A stretch of 64,000 nucleotides of DNA from Minisyncoccia bacterium (GCA_049997875.1 JBEKRC010000001.1:108609-172608), one strand, 5' to 3'. Shown: positions 44,377 through 53,966, counted from the first letter of the stretch. Notes: generated by a model from the letters alone, not told the origin. Numbers and translations are program-made.

Positions 44377-45653
44377 GAAGGCGTATTCTTATCGTTATTG
44401 TCGTTCTTGTTATCGCAGGGGCCGCGGCAATACTCTATCTTCTTCTTTCCAAACAATCTTCCGTTTCTACGACGCCGTCCGGTACGTCGGGCGCTTTGCC
44501 TCAAACAGGAACCCAGTCGGGAACCCCGGGAAACGCCGCCGGGGGTACTGTGGTAACCTTTCCCGGCACCGGGATAACCGGCGCAGGTGCTGCCGTAAAA
44601 TTCGGGGTGGTATCAAACGAGCCGGTTTTTGACTATTTCGTGGACGCAAAAAATAACGCACTAGCCATTGAACCTGACGGGAAAATCGCGTACATCACGA
44701 ACGGCGAGGTGAGCTACCTCAATTCCAACACGATCCAAAACCTAATCAGCGCCGATTTCTCCTATGATGGCGCGAAGGTAGTAGTGAACTTCGGTGATAC
44801 AACAAACCCACAAACCAGTGTTTTTGACGTCGCCGCAAAGGCGTGGGCGCCCCTTCCCTCGGGAATTATTTCGCCCGTCTGGTCTCCGATTGATTACCAT
44901 CTCGCGTACCTGGAGGCCGCGACCGGGACCACCACCTTATTCCTGATTGACGGATCAAAGGCGGGCAGCAAGCCGACGCAGCTTGCGACATTCAGCGCCG
45001 TTGATCTCTCCCTTAGATGGATTGATAAAAACCGGCTCATGGTCTACGGCAAGCCCAGCGCCTACGCGGACCCCTCGGCGTGGATTTTTAATCTCACCTC
45101 AAAGGCTGTCACGCCGATCATAAGCGAAACGCCGGGGCTTGAAATAACGTGGATGAAGGCGCCCACCACCACCACTGGTATCTCCTTCTTTAGCGGCCAA
45201 GGAGGAAGGGGAGGAAGTGTGCACCTTATAAACATAACGGGCGCCGTGACTAAGGACCTTAGCTTCTTCACGCTCGCCTCAAAATGCGTTTTCAACTTTG
45301 AGGCTGTGGCGGCCGTTCCTTCTGCTGTTTTAGCCACGACGACCGCCACTTCCACTGCCGCAACCCCCGTTTCGCCTGCGCCCGTCCTCGCGCTCTACTG
45401 CGCCGTGCCCCGTGCCGGGCAGGACCTTCTCGCCTTTAGTCATCTCCCCGACGATTATGAACAGATGGCATTGTTCACCCTGGACGACATTTATCGCATT
45501 GACACCACAAACGGCGCGCTTGTTGACGCGCTCGCCGGGCAGAATATAGATGTCTCGGACCCAAAGGTGTTTGGCGCAGCCCTCTTCTTCGTCAACCGCT
45601 ATGATCAAAAACTCTACGGGCTCTCGCTCGGCACTTCCACCGCCGCGCAATAG
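44373..45653 (+). CDS. N-terminally membrane-anchored extracytoplasmic protein (426 aa), possibly a beta-propeller
   Basis: A TM helix (ILIVIVVLVIAGAAAILYLLL), then a Thr/Gly-rich linker, then repeats with weak TolB-like character (IEPDGKIAYI; PVWSPIDYHLAYL). It is the last gene of the co-directional operon. Confidence 0.5.
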   Translation: MRRRILIVIVVLVIAGAAAILYLLLSKQSSVSTTPSGTSGALPQTGTQSGTPGNAAGGTVVTFPGTGITGAGAAVKFGVVSNEPVFDYFVDAKNNALAIEPDGKIAYITNGEVSYLNSNTIQNLISADFSYDGAKVVVNFGDTTNPQTSVFDVAAKAWAPLPSGIISPVWSPIDYHLAYLEAATGTTTLFLIDGSKAGSKPTQLATFSAVDLSLRWIDKNRLMVYGKPSAYADPSAWIFNLTSKAVTPIISETPGLEITWMKAPTTTTGISFFSGQGGRGGSVHLINITGAVTKDLSFFTLASKCVFNFEAVAAVPSAVLATTTATSTAATPVSPAPVLALYCAVPRAGQDLLAFSHLPDDYEQMALFTLDDIYRIDTTNGALVDALAGQNIDVSDPKVFGAALFFVNRYDQKLYGLSLGTSTAAQ

Positions 45654-45658
45654 GACTG

Positions 45659-46093
45659 CTACGAAAGCGGCTTTATAACCACATAACGCTCTTTGCCCTC
45701 TCCCGAACTCTCGGTCGTCACCTCGGGATGCAACGCGAGCTCCGTATGCACAATTCTCCGCTCATATGAGTTCATCGCGGGAAGCGGCACCGCATTTTTC
45801 GTCGTGACCGCTTTCTTCGCCGCCGCGCGCGCAAGCTCGGCGATCAGGTTCTCGCGCTCCTGCCGGTAATTGTTCACGTCAAGAAAAAAGAGGTCAATTT
45901 GATTCTTCTTCGCAATCATTTGGAAAAGATGGTTCACGCTCTCTACGATGGCGGCGAGGTTTTCTTTAAGAAGATTCCCGCCGTCGTAGATGAAGAGCGA
46001 ACCACGTTTTTCCTCCGGCTTCATTTCCAACCGATAATCGCGGAATCCCATTGCCTCCACGATATTTTTGGCAATCGCTTCCCAGCTCTCCAT
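45659..46093 (-). CDS. jag: Jag/KhpB-like R3H-domain RNA-binding protein
   Basis: A C-terminal R3H motif (ERRIVHTELA), a KH-like N-terminus, and the conserved position downstream of yidC. Confidence 0.75.
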   Translation of the reverse strand: MESWEAIAKNIVEAMGFRDYRLEMKPEEKRGSLFIYDGGNLLKENLAAIVESVNHLFQMIAKKNQIDLFFLDVNNYRQERENLIAELARAAAKKAVTTKNAVPLPAMNSYERRIVHTELALHPEVTTESSGEGKERYVVIKPLS

Positions 46094-46134
46094 TTCAAGG
46101 TACTATTCCATACTCCCGCGCCGAAATCAAGCCT

Positions 46135-46183
46135 GACCAGCACCACTTTTGCGTTTGCAGAAAATGCAAAAGTGGTGCTGGTC
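46135..46183. terminator. 18-bp perfect inverted repeat (GACCAGCACCACTTTTGC ... GCAAAAGTGGTGCTGGTC) between yidC and jag
   Basis: Exact reverse-complement arms with a 13-nt loop, in the intergenic spacer of the yidC-jag operon. Confidence 0.4.
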
Positions 46184-46195
46184 GGGCCTCTCCCG

Positions 46196-46915
46196 CTACA
46201 CCGCCGCGGTCTCCCCTTTTTTGAAATGCTTGTTGATGATCAGTTGTTGCCCTACGGAGAAGAGTGACGTGACAAGCCAGTAGAGACCGACGGCGGCGGG
46301 CAAGCTGTAAAAAATAAAAATGGTGACGAGAGGCCCGATGAAGACCATCTGCCGCGCCATCTTTTCCGCGGGGGAAAGCGGCGCATTGCTCTTGGGGTCC
46401 CGATAGATGGCAAGGCGCGCCTGCAGGTACTGGGCGAGTGCGGCGAGCAGGATGAGGATAATGCTCGGGGCCGCGAGATTGATGGCGCCGAGGAAAAGAG
46501 GGTTGATGGCCTGCGGCACCGCTACAAAGGAATACAGCCCCGCGAGTTCCCCTGGCGCGAGCGCAGAACGCACCACCCAGTAGAGAGCGATCATGATCGG
46601 CAGTTGGATGACGAGAAGGATGATGCTTGAGAAGGGACTTACTCCGTGCTCCTTATAAAGTTCCATCAGCGCCTGCGCCTGCTTTTCTCTGTCGTTTTTG
46701 TGCAACTCCTGAATCTTTTTAATTTTCGGCTGGATGCGTTGCATCAGCATCTGCTGTTTGGCGCCTTTGTGGAATAATGGATACAGCACCAAGCGGATAA
46801 GAATGGTGACAAATATTATGGCAATCCCAAGATCGCGGAACGAGATCGTCTCGTAAAAATAAACGAGAAGATTAAGAATGGGTCGGTAAAGGATGGCTTG
46901 ATAGAGATAGCTCAT
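46196..46915 (-). CDS. yidC: Membrane protein insertase YidC/Oxa1 (short Gram-positive-type form)
   Basis: 239 aa with 5 TM helices and the conserved YidC core (ILIRLVLYPL...QKMQRIQPKIKKIQE...). It sits in the conserved rnpA-yidC-jag order. Confidence 0.85.
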   Translation of the reverse strand: MSYLYQAILYRPILNLLVYFYETISFRDLGIAIIFVTILIRLVLYPLFHKGAKQQMLMQRIQPKIKKIQELHKNDREKQAQALMELYKEHGVSPFSSIILLVIQLPIMIALYWVVRSALAPGELAGLYSFVAVPQAINPLFLGAINLAAPSIILILLAALAQYLQARLAIYRDPKSNAPLSPAEKMARQMVFIGPLVTIFIFYSLPAAVGLYWLVTSLFSVGQQLIINKHFKKGETAAV

Positions 46916-47244
46916 GGTCGGTGATTGGCTGTTGCGCGAGGAGGGAGGGCCCGACGCAAAAGTTCCTTAAATTGCTGTTTGGTGAGGGTATTGATTTTGG
47001 GAGTGAGGATGACAAGGAAATCGGTGCCCGCGCCGCCGGCCGCGAGGAGCGTTGCTTTCGTCTGCCGCTTCCAAAAATTCCTCTTCGCGGCGTTCTTGTG
47101 CACGGAGGCGTTTGCGATGACTCCAATCCTAATTTTCTCTTGTATGTTCGGCTTTGTTTTTAATACAAAGTATGGCGTTGACGCCGTTCCCCATCGCCCC
47201 GCCCTAAAATCCCGGCTCGGCAACCGTGATGGTTTAGAAAGCAT
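46912..47244 (-). CDS. rnpA: Ribonuclease P protein component
   Basis: RIGVIANASVHKNAAKRNFWKRQ matches the RnpA motif. Position between rpmH and yidC. Confidence 0.8.
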   Translation of the reverse strand: MLSKPSRLPSRDFRAGRWGTASTPYFVLKTKPNIQEKIRIGVIANASVHKNAAKRNFWKRQTKATLLAAGGAGTDFLVILTPKINTLTKQQFKELLRRALPPRATANHRP

Positions 47245-47249
47245 CGCTG

Positions 47250-47384
47250 TTAGACGCTGATTCGCCGCCTCCTTTTTGCCCTGCGCCGTGCGAGAACGCG
47301 CCGCCCGCCTGGCACCCGTTGCCGCCGCAAAAATCCGTGCGTCCTTTTCCTTTTTTTCTTTTTCGGGCTGTAGGTAAACGACAT
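47250..47384 (-). CDS. rpmH: 50S ribosomal protein L34
   Basis: [44 protein letters not shown] (44 aa). The start was taken at the internal Met of the over-extended track ORF 47250-47555. Confidence 0.85.
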   Translation of the reverse strand: MSFTYSPKKKKRKRTHGFLRRQRVPGGRRVLARRRAKRRRRISV

Positions 47385-47506
47385 CTTGAAGAGTTTATCA
47401 CGGGATTTAAAAATGTGCCAGCGAGCTGTGGGGCCCTTAGAACAGGTTGTGCACATCCCATCCACAAACGGCGCGGTTTGACTTTTTGACGGGAGGGGCG
47501 TAAGGG
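47385..47506. promoter_or_regulatory. rpmH-dnaA divergent intergenic region: candidate oriC/dnaA promoter region with degenerate DnaA-box-like 9-mers
   Basis: Contains CCATCCACA (7/9 to TTATCCACA) and GTTTATCAC. Conserved rpmH | dnaA synteny. Confidence 0.35.
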
Positions 47507-48877
47507 TTGATAATGAACAACAATATGGATCTCGAAAAACTTTGGCAATCAACATTGGGAGAGATGGAGATCCAGCTCACAAAGGCGAACTTCTCGATGT
47601 GGCTCAGGGGCAGCAAGCCTATAGAACGCGAAGAGGGCACTTTGTACGTCACCCTGCCGAATAATTTCGCCAAATCCTGGGTTGAGGACAAGTACCGAAA
47701 AAATATCCTTGGGATATTGCGCAATATGGACAGCTCAATCAAAAAAGTGGAGTTCGTCATAGGCCAGCAGGCGCCCGTACCCCAAAAGAGCATGGCGGGC
47801 ACAAACGACCTTGCTACGCTTGTTCCGGCAGAATTGGATTTCAATAAGGCAGACCCTGAAACCAATTTAAACCCCCGCTATACCTTCTCCACGTTTGTGG
47901 TGGGGCCCTCCAACGAACTTGCGTGCACCGCGGGGAAGTCCATCGCGGAGCATATCGGAAAATATAATCCGTTTTTTGTGTACGGCGGCGTGGGAATCGG
48001 GAAAACGCACCTCATCCAGGCGATCGGCAACGAGATCGTCGCGAGGAACGGGAAGAGGGTGAAGCCGAAATATGTCCCCTCTGAGCAGTACACCCGCGAA
48101 GTGGTGTGGGGATTGCGCAACGACCGGATCGAAAGTGTGAAGAAAAAATACCGCGACGTTGACGTGCTCATCATAGACGATATCCAATTTATTGGCGGGA
48201 AGGAAAAAACCGAAGAGGAGTTCTTCCACACCTTCAACGCGCTGTACGAAGGAGGTAAACAAATTATCATCTCTTCCGATCGGCCCCCGCAGTCCCTCCC
48301 TACGCTTGAGGAGCGCCTGCGGTCCCGTTTTGAGGGTGGTTTCGTCGCGGACATCGGCTACCCGGAATACGAGATGCGAGTGGCCATCGTCCGGAGCAAG
48401 CTTTCGGAGGCGAACCGCAGCCTTGACGAAGACATCATTGACCTCCTCGCGCGCCGCCTCAGGAAAAATATCCGCGAGCTTGAGGGAATATTAAAAAAGT
48501 TGCTTTTCCTTCAGGAACAAAAAGGGGTTGAAATCACAAAAACGTTTGTAGAGGAAATCATAGAAAAATCGACCAAGAACGTTTCGAAGCGGGTGAGCGA
48601 TGCCCAAATACTGAAGGCGGTCGCCGAATTCTTCGGCGTTTCCCTTGAGGACATCATAAGCCACAACCGCAGAAAGGAGGTGGTAGAGCCGCGCCAGATC
48701 GCCATGTACCTACTTCGGGAAATCTCGGAGCTTTCCTACCCATATATTGGGGAGAAAATGGGGAGAGACCACACCACCGCCATCCACTCCTATGAAAAAA
48801 TCAACCAGGAAATCAACAGAAGCGCCATACTTAACCAAAAGATATTAACAATCAAAGATATGATTTATAAAGGCTGA
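47507..48877 (+). CDS. dnaA: Chromosomal replication initiator protein DnaA
   Basis: N-terminal domain, AAA+ Walker [11 protein letters not shown], Walker [10 protein letters not shown], and the C-terminal DNA-binding helix-turn-helix ([27 protein letters not shown]). An alternative start at 47525 (MDLEKLW) is possible. Confidence 0.9.
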   Translation: MIMNNNMDLEKLWQSTLGEMEIQLTKANFSMWLRGSKPIEREEGTLYVTLPNNFAKSWVEDKYRKNILGILRNMDSSIKKVEFVIGQQAPVPQKSMAGTNDLATLVPAELDFNKADPETNLNPRYTFSTFVVGPSNELACTAGKSIAEHIGKYNPFFVYGGVGIGKTHLIQAIGNEIVARNGKRVKPKYVPSEQYTREVVWGLRNDRIESVKKKYRDVDVLIIDDIQFIGGKEKTEEEFFHTFNALYEGGKQIIISSDRPPQSLPTLEERLRSRFEGGFVADIGYPEYEMRVAIVRSKLSEANRSLDEDIIDLLARRLRKNIRELEGILKKLLFLQEQKGVEITKTFVEEIIEKSTKNVSKRVSDAQILKAVAEFFGVSLEDIISHNRRKEVVEPRQIAMYLLREISELSYPYIGEKMGRDHTTAIHSYEKINQEINRSAILNQKILTIKDMIYKG

Positions 48878-48967
48878 TACTAAGTAAAGTTCCGCTATCC
48901 ACAAAAATTAAAAATACATTAATAATAGAATCTTAATGTTTTAATAATGTCTTAATATAATTACCCT
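48878..48967. promoter_or_regulatory. dnaA-dnaN intergenic AT-rich region with a near-consensus DnaA box (CTATCCACA at 48895-48903): candidate oriC/DNA-unwinding element
   Basis: About 80% AT over 70 bp (AAAAATTAAAAATACATTAATAATAGAATCTTAATG...) adjacent to an 8/9 DnaA box. Confidence 0.45.
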
Positions 48968-50080
48968 ATGAAATTTATCGCAATACGATCAAACATCAAA
49001 GAAGCCGTTTCCACAATCGAGCGCGCCGCCGGCGAGAACGCAAACCTTCCTATTTTAAAAAACGCGCTTATCACGGTTGGAAGCGACGGGATTGTTTTTG
49101 CCGCGACAAACCTTGAGATCGCGATTACCTGTCGCGTGTCCGGAAAGGTGATTGAGGGCGGAAGCGTTTCCGTACCGCTCGCACCCTTCGCGAGCCTCAT
49201 CACCAATCTCCAAAGCGACCGTTTGAATTTCAGCAAGAAGGGCAACGCGCTTGAGGTAAAAACGGACAACTACAGCGCCGTGCTGCAGGGATTACCCAGT
49301 GAAGATTTCCCCATAACCCCCCAGATAAAAACCTCTGACGAGTACTTTGCTATAACGGGTGCGCTTTTTAAGGAGGCGATTCAGCAAGTCGCCGTAGCGG
49401 CGCAACCGTCCGATTTCCGGCCGGAGCTTAATGCCGCCCTTTTTGACTTTTCCTTGGACAACCTCAAACTTACGGTAACCGACGGTTTCCGGCTTGCCGA
49501 AAAGACAATCCCGCAGAACCTTTTTACCGCAAAATTTAAGGAAGCGTTTAGAATGCTCATTCCTCTTAAGACCAGCCAAGAGGTGCTTCGGATGGTGAGC
49601 GATACCGAAACCGTGCGGGTGTTTCGTGACGAGAACCAGATTCTTGTGAAGACCGAGCGCGCCGAACTTATCTCGCGGCTCGGCGAAGGGAACTTCCCGG
49701 ATTATTCGCAACTTGTGCCCAAAAAATTCGCTACCGAAGCAGTTGTGTCGCGCGAGGAACTTGCGAACGCGGTGAAGCTTGCTGCGATATTCGGGCAAAA
49801 AAACAGCGAAGTGAAACTGGCGATGCACCCGGGGAAGAAAGCGGTGGAGATAAGTTCGGCGGACCAATCGCTCGGTGAGAACGCCTATCTTCTCCCCGCG
49901 AAAATAAAGGGGGCGGCGGCCGAGGCGTTCTTTAACTGGCGTTACCTCGTGGACCCCGTCAAAGCGATGAAAACGGAAGAAATTTTTATAGGGCTCCAAG
50001 AAGAGACCAACCCGGCCCTTCTCCGGCCGGTGGGCGACAGTTCTTATTTCTATATTTTAAAGCCCATCCTAAAGTCTTAG
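48968..50080 (+). CDS. dnaN: DNA polymerase III beta subunit (sliding clamp)
   Basis: 370 aa. The three-domain clamp pattern begins MKFIAIRSNIKEAVSTIERAAGEN...LPILKNALI. Confidence 0.9.
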   Translation: MKFIAIRSNIKEAVSTIERAAGENANLPILKNALITVGSDGIVFAATNLEIAITCRVSGKVIEGGSVSVPLAPFASLITNLQSDRLNFSKKGNALEVKTDNYSAVLQGLPSEDFPITPQIKTSDEYFAITGALFKEAIQQVAVAAQPSDFRPELNAALFDFSLDNLKLTVTDGFRLAEKTIPQNLFTAKFKEAFRMLIPLKTSQEVLRMVSDTETVRVFRDENQILVKTERAELISRLGEGNFPDYSQLVPKKFATEAVVSREELANAVKLAAIFGQKNSEVKLAMHPGKKAVEISSADQSLGENAYLLPAKIKGAAAEAFFNWRYLVDPVKAMKTEEIFIGLQEETNPALLRPVGDSSYFYILKPILKS

Positions 50081-52542
50081 TGGTAAACGATTGTGTCGGC
50101 CTTCCCTGAGCTGCCCGAAGAATCTACGGCTTGCACTTCAAGCAGGTTTTGCCCGCCAATGACTTGCGGAGTGAATGACCAGTTGAACATGTAGTTGGTT
50201 CCAAAAGAGCCAGAGAAATCGCGGGCCAGAAGCCCGTTCCAGAGTACGGAGATTTTCGTGATCGCCTCGGCGGCCGTTATTTCCGCAGAAACTGCGATTT
50301 CGTTCGCCACGAAACTTCCCGCCGACGGGGTGACGATGGAAACGCGGGGAGGATTGCTCGTGAGCGGGGAGTTCGCGGGTACGACACCGGACGGCGCGGT
50401 TGACACCGGATGATTGTAACTCCCGAAGTTGGGAAGGTTTTCTGCGGCCCACGTAAGAAGGGCGGTTTCCCAGTTGTGGAACTGGGGATCCGCGGCAGGA
50501 TTCGTGGGAGGCGGTCCGGCCGGGTCGTCCCTGTCGACGTAATACAGAATAGTGTGGAGTTGGTCGTTCGCGAGATAGTTTCCTGCGAGGATCGGCTTCG
50601 CCGCGTTTACAGGGTCAGGTTTTGCGAAAGTTTCAATAGGTTGGCTTTGGAGCGCCTGCGCCATGAACGCATGCCACATAGGGACCGCGGCGAGGATGCT
50701 TGATCCGTTCCGCTGCATGGGCGTGTTGTCGTTGTTCCCCGCCCAGACGCCGACGACGAGGGACGGCGTGTAGCCGACCGTCCACGCGTCGCGGTAGTCG
50801 TTGGAAGTGCCGGTCTTCATGGCTACGTCGTATCCCGGGAACACCGTAAGGTTCAAGCTGTTTTGGAAAAGACCGCTCCGCGCCTCTGCGTCCGAAAGAA
50901 TGTCGTTTACCAGGCGGACGGACTGTGGGTCGGCGACTCGGGTAGATTGGTCAACGTATGATTCAAGCAAGTTTCCATTAGGATCTTGCACTCGGAGAAT
51001 CATCGCTTGGTTATGTTTGATCCCATCTTGCGCAAGTGCGGAGTAGGCCTCGGTGAGGTCGGCAAGACGCACTGCGCCGCCCCCTAAAACAAGAGAGAGG
51101 CCGTAGGAATCGGGGCTTGTGAGCGTGGCGAGCCCGAAGTTATATGCGTTCTGGACCGCATTTTTTATGCCGACAAGATAAAGGGCTTCCACCGCGGGCA
51201 CGTTCACGGACTGTGCGAGCGCGTCGCGCATTGAAATCGGGCCCTGGAATGTTGTCTCAAAATCCTGCGGGTGAAAGCACCGCGGGTCATTGTTCGTGAA
51301 GTCAGGGATCGCGGGACACGCGGGGTTGGTGCTGAATTCCGTGGGGACATCAAAGAGTGTTGTCGAGGGCGTGTACCCCTTTTGGAATGCCGTGAGATAC
51401 ACAAAGGGTTTGAGCGACGAGCCGGGCTGGCGGAGCCCCTGGGTGGCGACGTTGAAGTTTGGCTCGAATTTGCAATTTACCCCCGGCGTGCAGCCCAAGG
51501 GGAGCGACGAGGTCGCAAAATAATCGCGCGACCCCACCATTGCGAGTACCTGCCCCGTTTTTGGGTCCTGCGCGACGAGCGCGGCGTTGTAGCCCTGATA
51601 GAGCGCCTGGTTTTGTGCCGCACCCTGTTCCACGGCTGTTTCTGCTTTCTGTTGCAGATTCCAGTCAAGCGTGGTTATTACCTTAAGCCCGCCCTGGCTT
51701 ACAAGATTCTCCCCATATTTTTGGACGAGATAATCCTCTACCGCCATTACAAAGTGCGGCGCCTTGATGGTGCCCGTGGACTGCGGTTCAAAAGTTATCT
51801 TGTAGGCGAGCGCCGCGGTGAACTCTGGTTTCGTGATTTTCCCCAGTTCGTACATTTTCTGGAGTACGAGTTGCTCACGCTTTATAAGATCACTCACGTG
51901 GCTTCCCCAAGGCGAGTAGTACGTTGGCGCCTGGGGGATTGCGGCGAGGAGGGCGCTCTGCGCGAGGTTGGTGTTTTGCACCGGTTCGCCGAAATACGCC
52001 TCGCTCGCCTCCTCCACGCCGGAAATTGTGGCACCGTACGGGACCTCGTTCAGGTAAAGACCGAGGATTTCGTCCTTTGAGTAATATTCATTGAGTTTTA
52101 TCGCGAGGATGAGCTCTTTTATTTTTCGCGTGACAGTTTGGTCCAAAGTGAGGAACGCGGTCCGCGCGAGCTGTTGGGTAATGGTGGAGCCGCCCTGTGC
52201 GAAGGAGCCCGAAGTGATATCCACGAGGAATGCGCGCGCGATGCCTTTCCAGTCAAACGCGGGCTCGTTGTAGAAATTTTCATCCTCTATCGCGATCGTC
52301 GCGTCTTTGAGGGTTTGCGGGATTTGGTCAAAGGGCACCACCGTCCTCCGCTCGCCGGAGTTGATCTCGTAGAGCAGCACGGTGCCGGTGCGGTCATAGA
52401 TTTTTGTGGACTGGCTGATCTGCCGGCTTGAAATCTCCTCTATGGAGGGGAGCGTTTTCGCGAAATAAATAACTATGAGGGAAAGGACAATAATCCCCGC
52501 GGATACCGCGATGCCCACAGTCACGAGCCAGCGCCGCAGCAT
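50077..52542 (-). CDS. ponA: Bifunctional class A penicillin-binding protein (transglycosylase/transpeptidase, PBP1A-like) with a C-terminal beta-rich extension
   Basis: GT51 motifs (IAIEDENFYNEPAFDWKGIARA; GGSTITQQLAR), transpeptidase SxxK (SSLKP), SxN and KTGT motifs, and an N-terminal TM anchor (start taken at MLRRWLV). About 150 extra C-terminal residues. Confidence 0.85.
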   Translation of the reverse strand: MLRRWLVTVGIAVSAGIIVLSLIVIYFAKTLPSIEEISSRQISQSTKIYDRTGTVLLYEINSGERRTVVPFDQIPQTLKDATIAIEDENFYNEPAFDWKGIARAFLVDITSGSFAQGGSTITQQLARTAFLTLDQTVTRKIKELILAIKLNEYYSKDEILGLYLNEVPYGATISGVEEASEAYFGEPVQNTNLAQSALLAAIPQAPTYYSPWGSHVSDLIKREQLVLQKMYELGKITKPEFTAALAYKITFEPQSTGTIKAPHFVMAVEDYLVQKYGENLVSQGGLKVITTLDWNLQQKAETAVEQGAAQNQALYQGYNAALVAQDPKTGQVLAMVGSRDYFATSSLPLGCTPGVNCKFEPNFNVATQGLRQPGSSLKPFVYLTAFQKGYTPSTTLFDVPTEFSTNPACPAIPDFTNNDPRCFHPQDFETTFQGPISMRDALAQSVNVPAVEALYLVGIKNAVQNAYNFGLATLTSPDSYGLSLVLGGGAVRLADLTEAYSALAQDGIKHNQAMILRVQDPNGNLLESYVDQSTRVADPQSVRLVNDILSDAEARSGLFQNSLNLTVFPGYDVAMKTGTSNDYRDAWTVGYTPSLVVGVWAGNNDNTPMQRNGSSILAAVPMWHAFMAQALQSQPIETFAKPDPVNAAKPILAGNYLANDQLHTILYYVDRDDPAGPPPTNPAADPQFHNWETALLTWAAENLPNFGSYNHPVSTAPSGVVPANSPLTSNPPRVSIVTPSAGSFVANEIAVSAEITAAEAITKISVLWNGLLARDFSGSFGTNYMFNWSFTPQVIGGQNLLEVQAVDSSGSSGKADTIVYH

Positions 52543-52938
52543 CGTCACCCCTTTTCGTCGGTGCATGACCTCTATTATCAAACGAAAACGGCCTTCTCCG
52601 CAATGTTTTCGCGGAGAAGGCCGTTTTTCGCTCACTCATCAAGCCCGCCGTGGCCTTCCTCTTTGCTGGCATCTTCCGTTTCTTCCTCCGGCGCTTCTTC
52701 GATGTCTACTTCCGGCTCGTCGTTGTTGTCTACGTCTGATTCGCTGGCATCTTCGTCGCTCAACGGGCGGAACGCACAACTAAAAGTTTTTAGTTCAATT
52801 GCCATCGCGGCTATAATTCAACGACCTTTCTTTTTTTGTTCCCATCAGTATAGGGGAGCTCTTCTTCGTGTCAATCCCAGTAATCCCCAGGCATTCTAAC
52901 AAAAAAGGCATTAAAACCTTATTAAGCCAGACGGTGCA

Positions 52939-53400
52939 CTAGCGGCCGCACGCCATAATGGCGAGCGCAAGCGCGTCGCTCGCGTCGTCAATGACCGCGA
53001 GGCCCGGTTTTTTAAGGATAAGGCGGACCATTTTAAGTACGGCCGTTTTGTCGGCGAAACCGTAGCCAGTGATCCCCAGTTTTACTTCGTTTGGTGCATA
53101 TTCCTTTATGGGGAGGCCGGCCTCCTGGGCGACAAGAAGGATCGCGCCGCGCGCCTGGGCCACCGCCATCGCGGTTTTCTGGTTCTTCGCGAAAAAAAGC
53201 TTTTCAATGCCGAGCGTGGTGGGCTGATATTTTTTGATCAGAGCATTCACTTCCTTTTTTGCCTCCGCAAGTGCCGGCGCGTCGTCATCACTTTTGATTT
53301 TCAAAATTCCCGCTGCGAGATAAATGAGTTCGCTGCCCTTGTGCTCTACAAGACCGTAGCCGATCCTCCGTGTCCCCGGGTCAATGCCAAGCGCGATCAT
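52939..53400 (-). CDS. ruvC: Crossover junction endodeoxyribonuclease RuvC
   Basis: MIALGIDPGTRRIGYGLVE, with catalytic Asp/Glu positions conserved. Immediately downstream of yebC. Confidence 0.85.
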   Translation of the reverse strand: MIALGIDPGTRRIGYGLVEHKGSELIYLAAGILKIKSDDDAPALAEAKKEVNALIKKYQPTTLGIEKLFFAKNQKTAMAVAQARGAILLVAQEAGLPIKEYAPNEVKLGITGYGFADKTAVLKMVRLILKKPGLAVIDDASDALALAIMACGR

Positions 53401-53411
53401 GCTGCGCACCG

Positions 53412-53966
53412 TCATGCGGCGTTCGTGAAAACATTCTGCACGTCGTCGTTGTCTTCAAGCGCTTCCACCAGCGCGAGCAATTTCTTGGCATCGTCCTCGG
53501 AAATTTCCTGTGGGAACTTTGCTTTCCATTCGCGTTCGGCGCCCTTAGTCTCGCTGCCGCCCACGGGTGGGTCAAATGCCCAACGGACACTGCCGGCCTC
53601 CGCCCACTTCCCGCCGTGTTCTTTCAATATGGTTTTGATCTCCTGTACGATGCGGTTTTTGTTGTCGCCGATCGCTTCAATTATGATCGCGATGCCGCCG
53701 GGGCCGTAGGCCTCAAAAACAAGTTCCTCAAGGTTCACGCCCGATTCGGCCGCACGCTTGATTGCGCGCTCAATATTCTCCTGCGGTACGCTTGCTTCTT
53801 TCGCTTTTGTAACCGCGGTCCGGAGCCGCGGATTGAAATCCGGGTTCGGCTCCGATTTGGCCGCCGCCGAGATCGCCGCGAGGAGCTTCCCAAAAACCCT
53901 TCCCCGTTTCTCGTCGGTGATTTCTTTTTTATGCTTTATGCCCGCCCAGTGAGAATGTCCCGACAT
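53412..53966 (-). CDS. yebC: YebC/PmpR-family probable transcriptional regulator
   Basis: MSGHSHWAGIKHKK...RGRVFGKL is the hallmark YebC N-terminus (internal Met chosen as start). In the conserved yebC-ruvC arrangement. Confidence 0.85.
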   Translation of the reverse strand: MSGHSHWAGIKHKKEITDEKRGRVFGKLLAAISAAAKSEPNPDFNPRLRTAVTKAKEASVPQENIERAIKRAAESGVNLEELVFEAYGPGGIAIIIEAIGDNKNRIVQEIKTILKEHGGKWAEAGSVRWAFDPPVGGSETKGAEREWKAKFPQEISEDDAKKLLALVEALEDNDDVQNVFTNAA

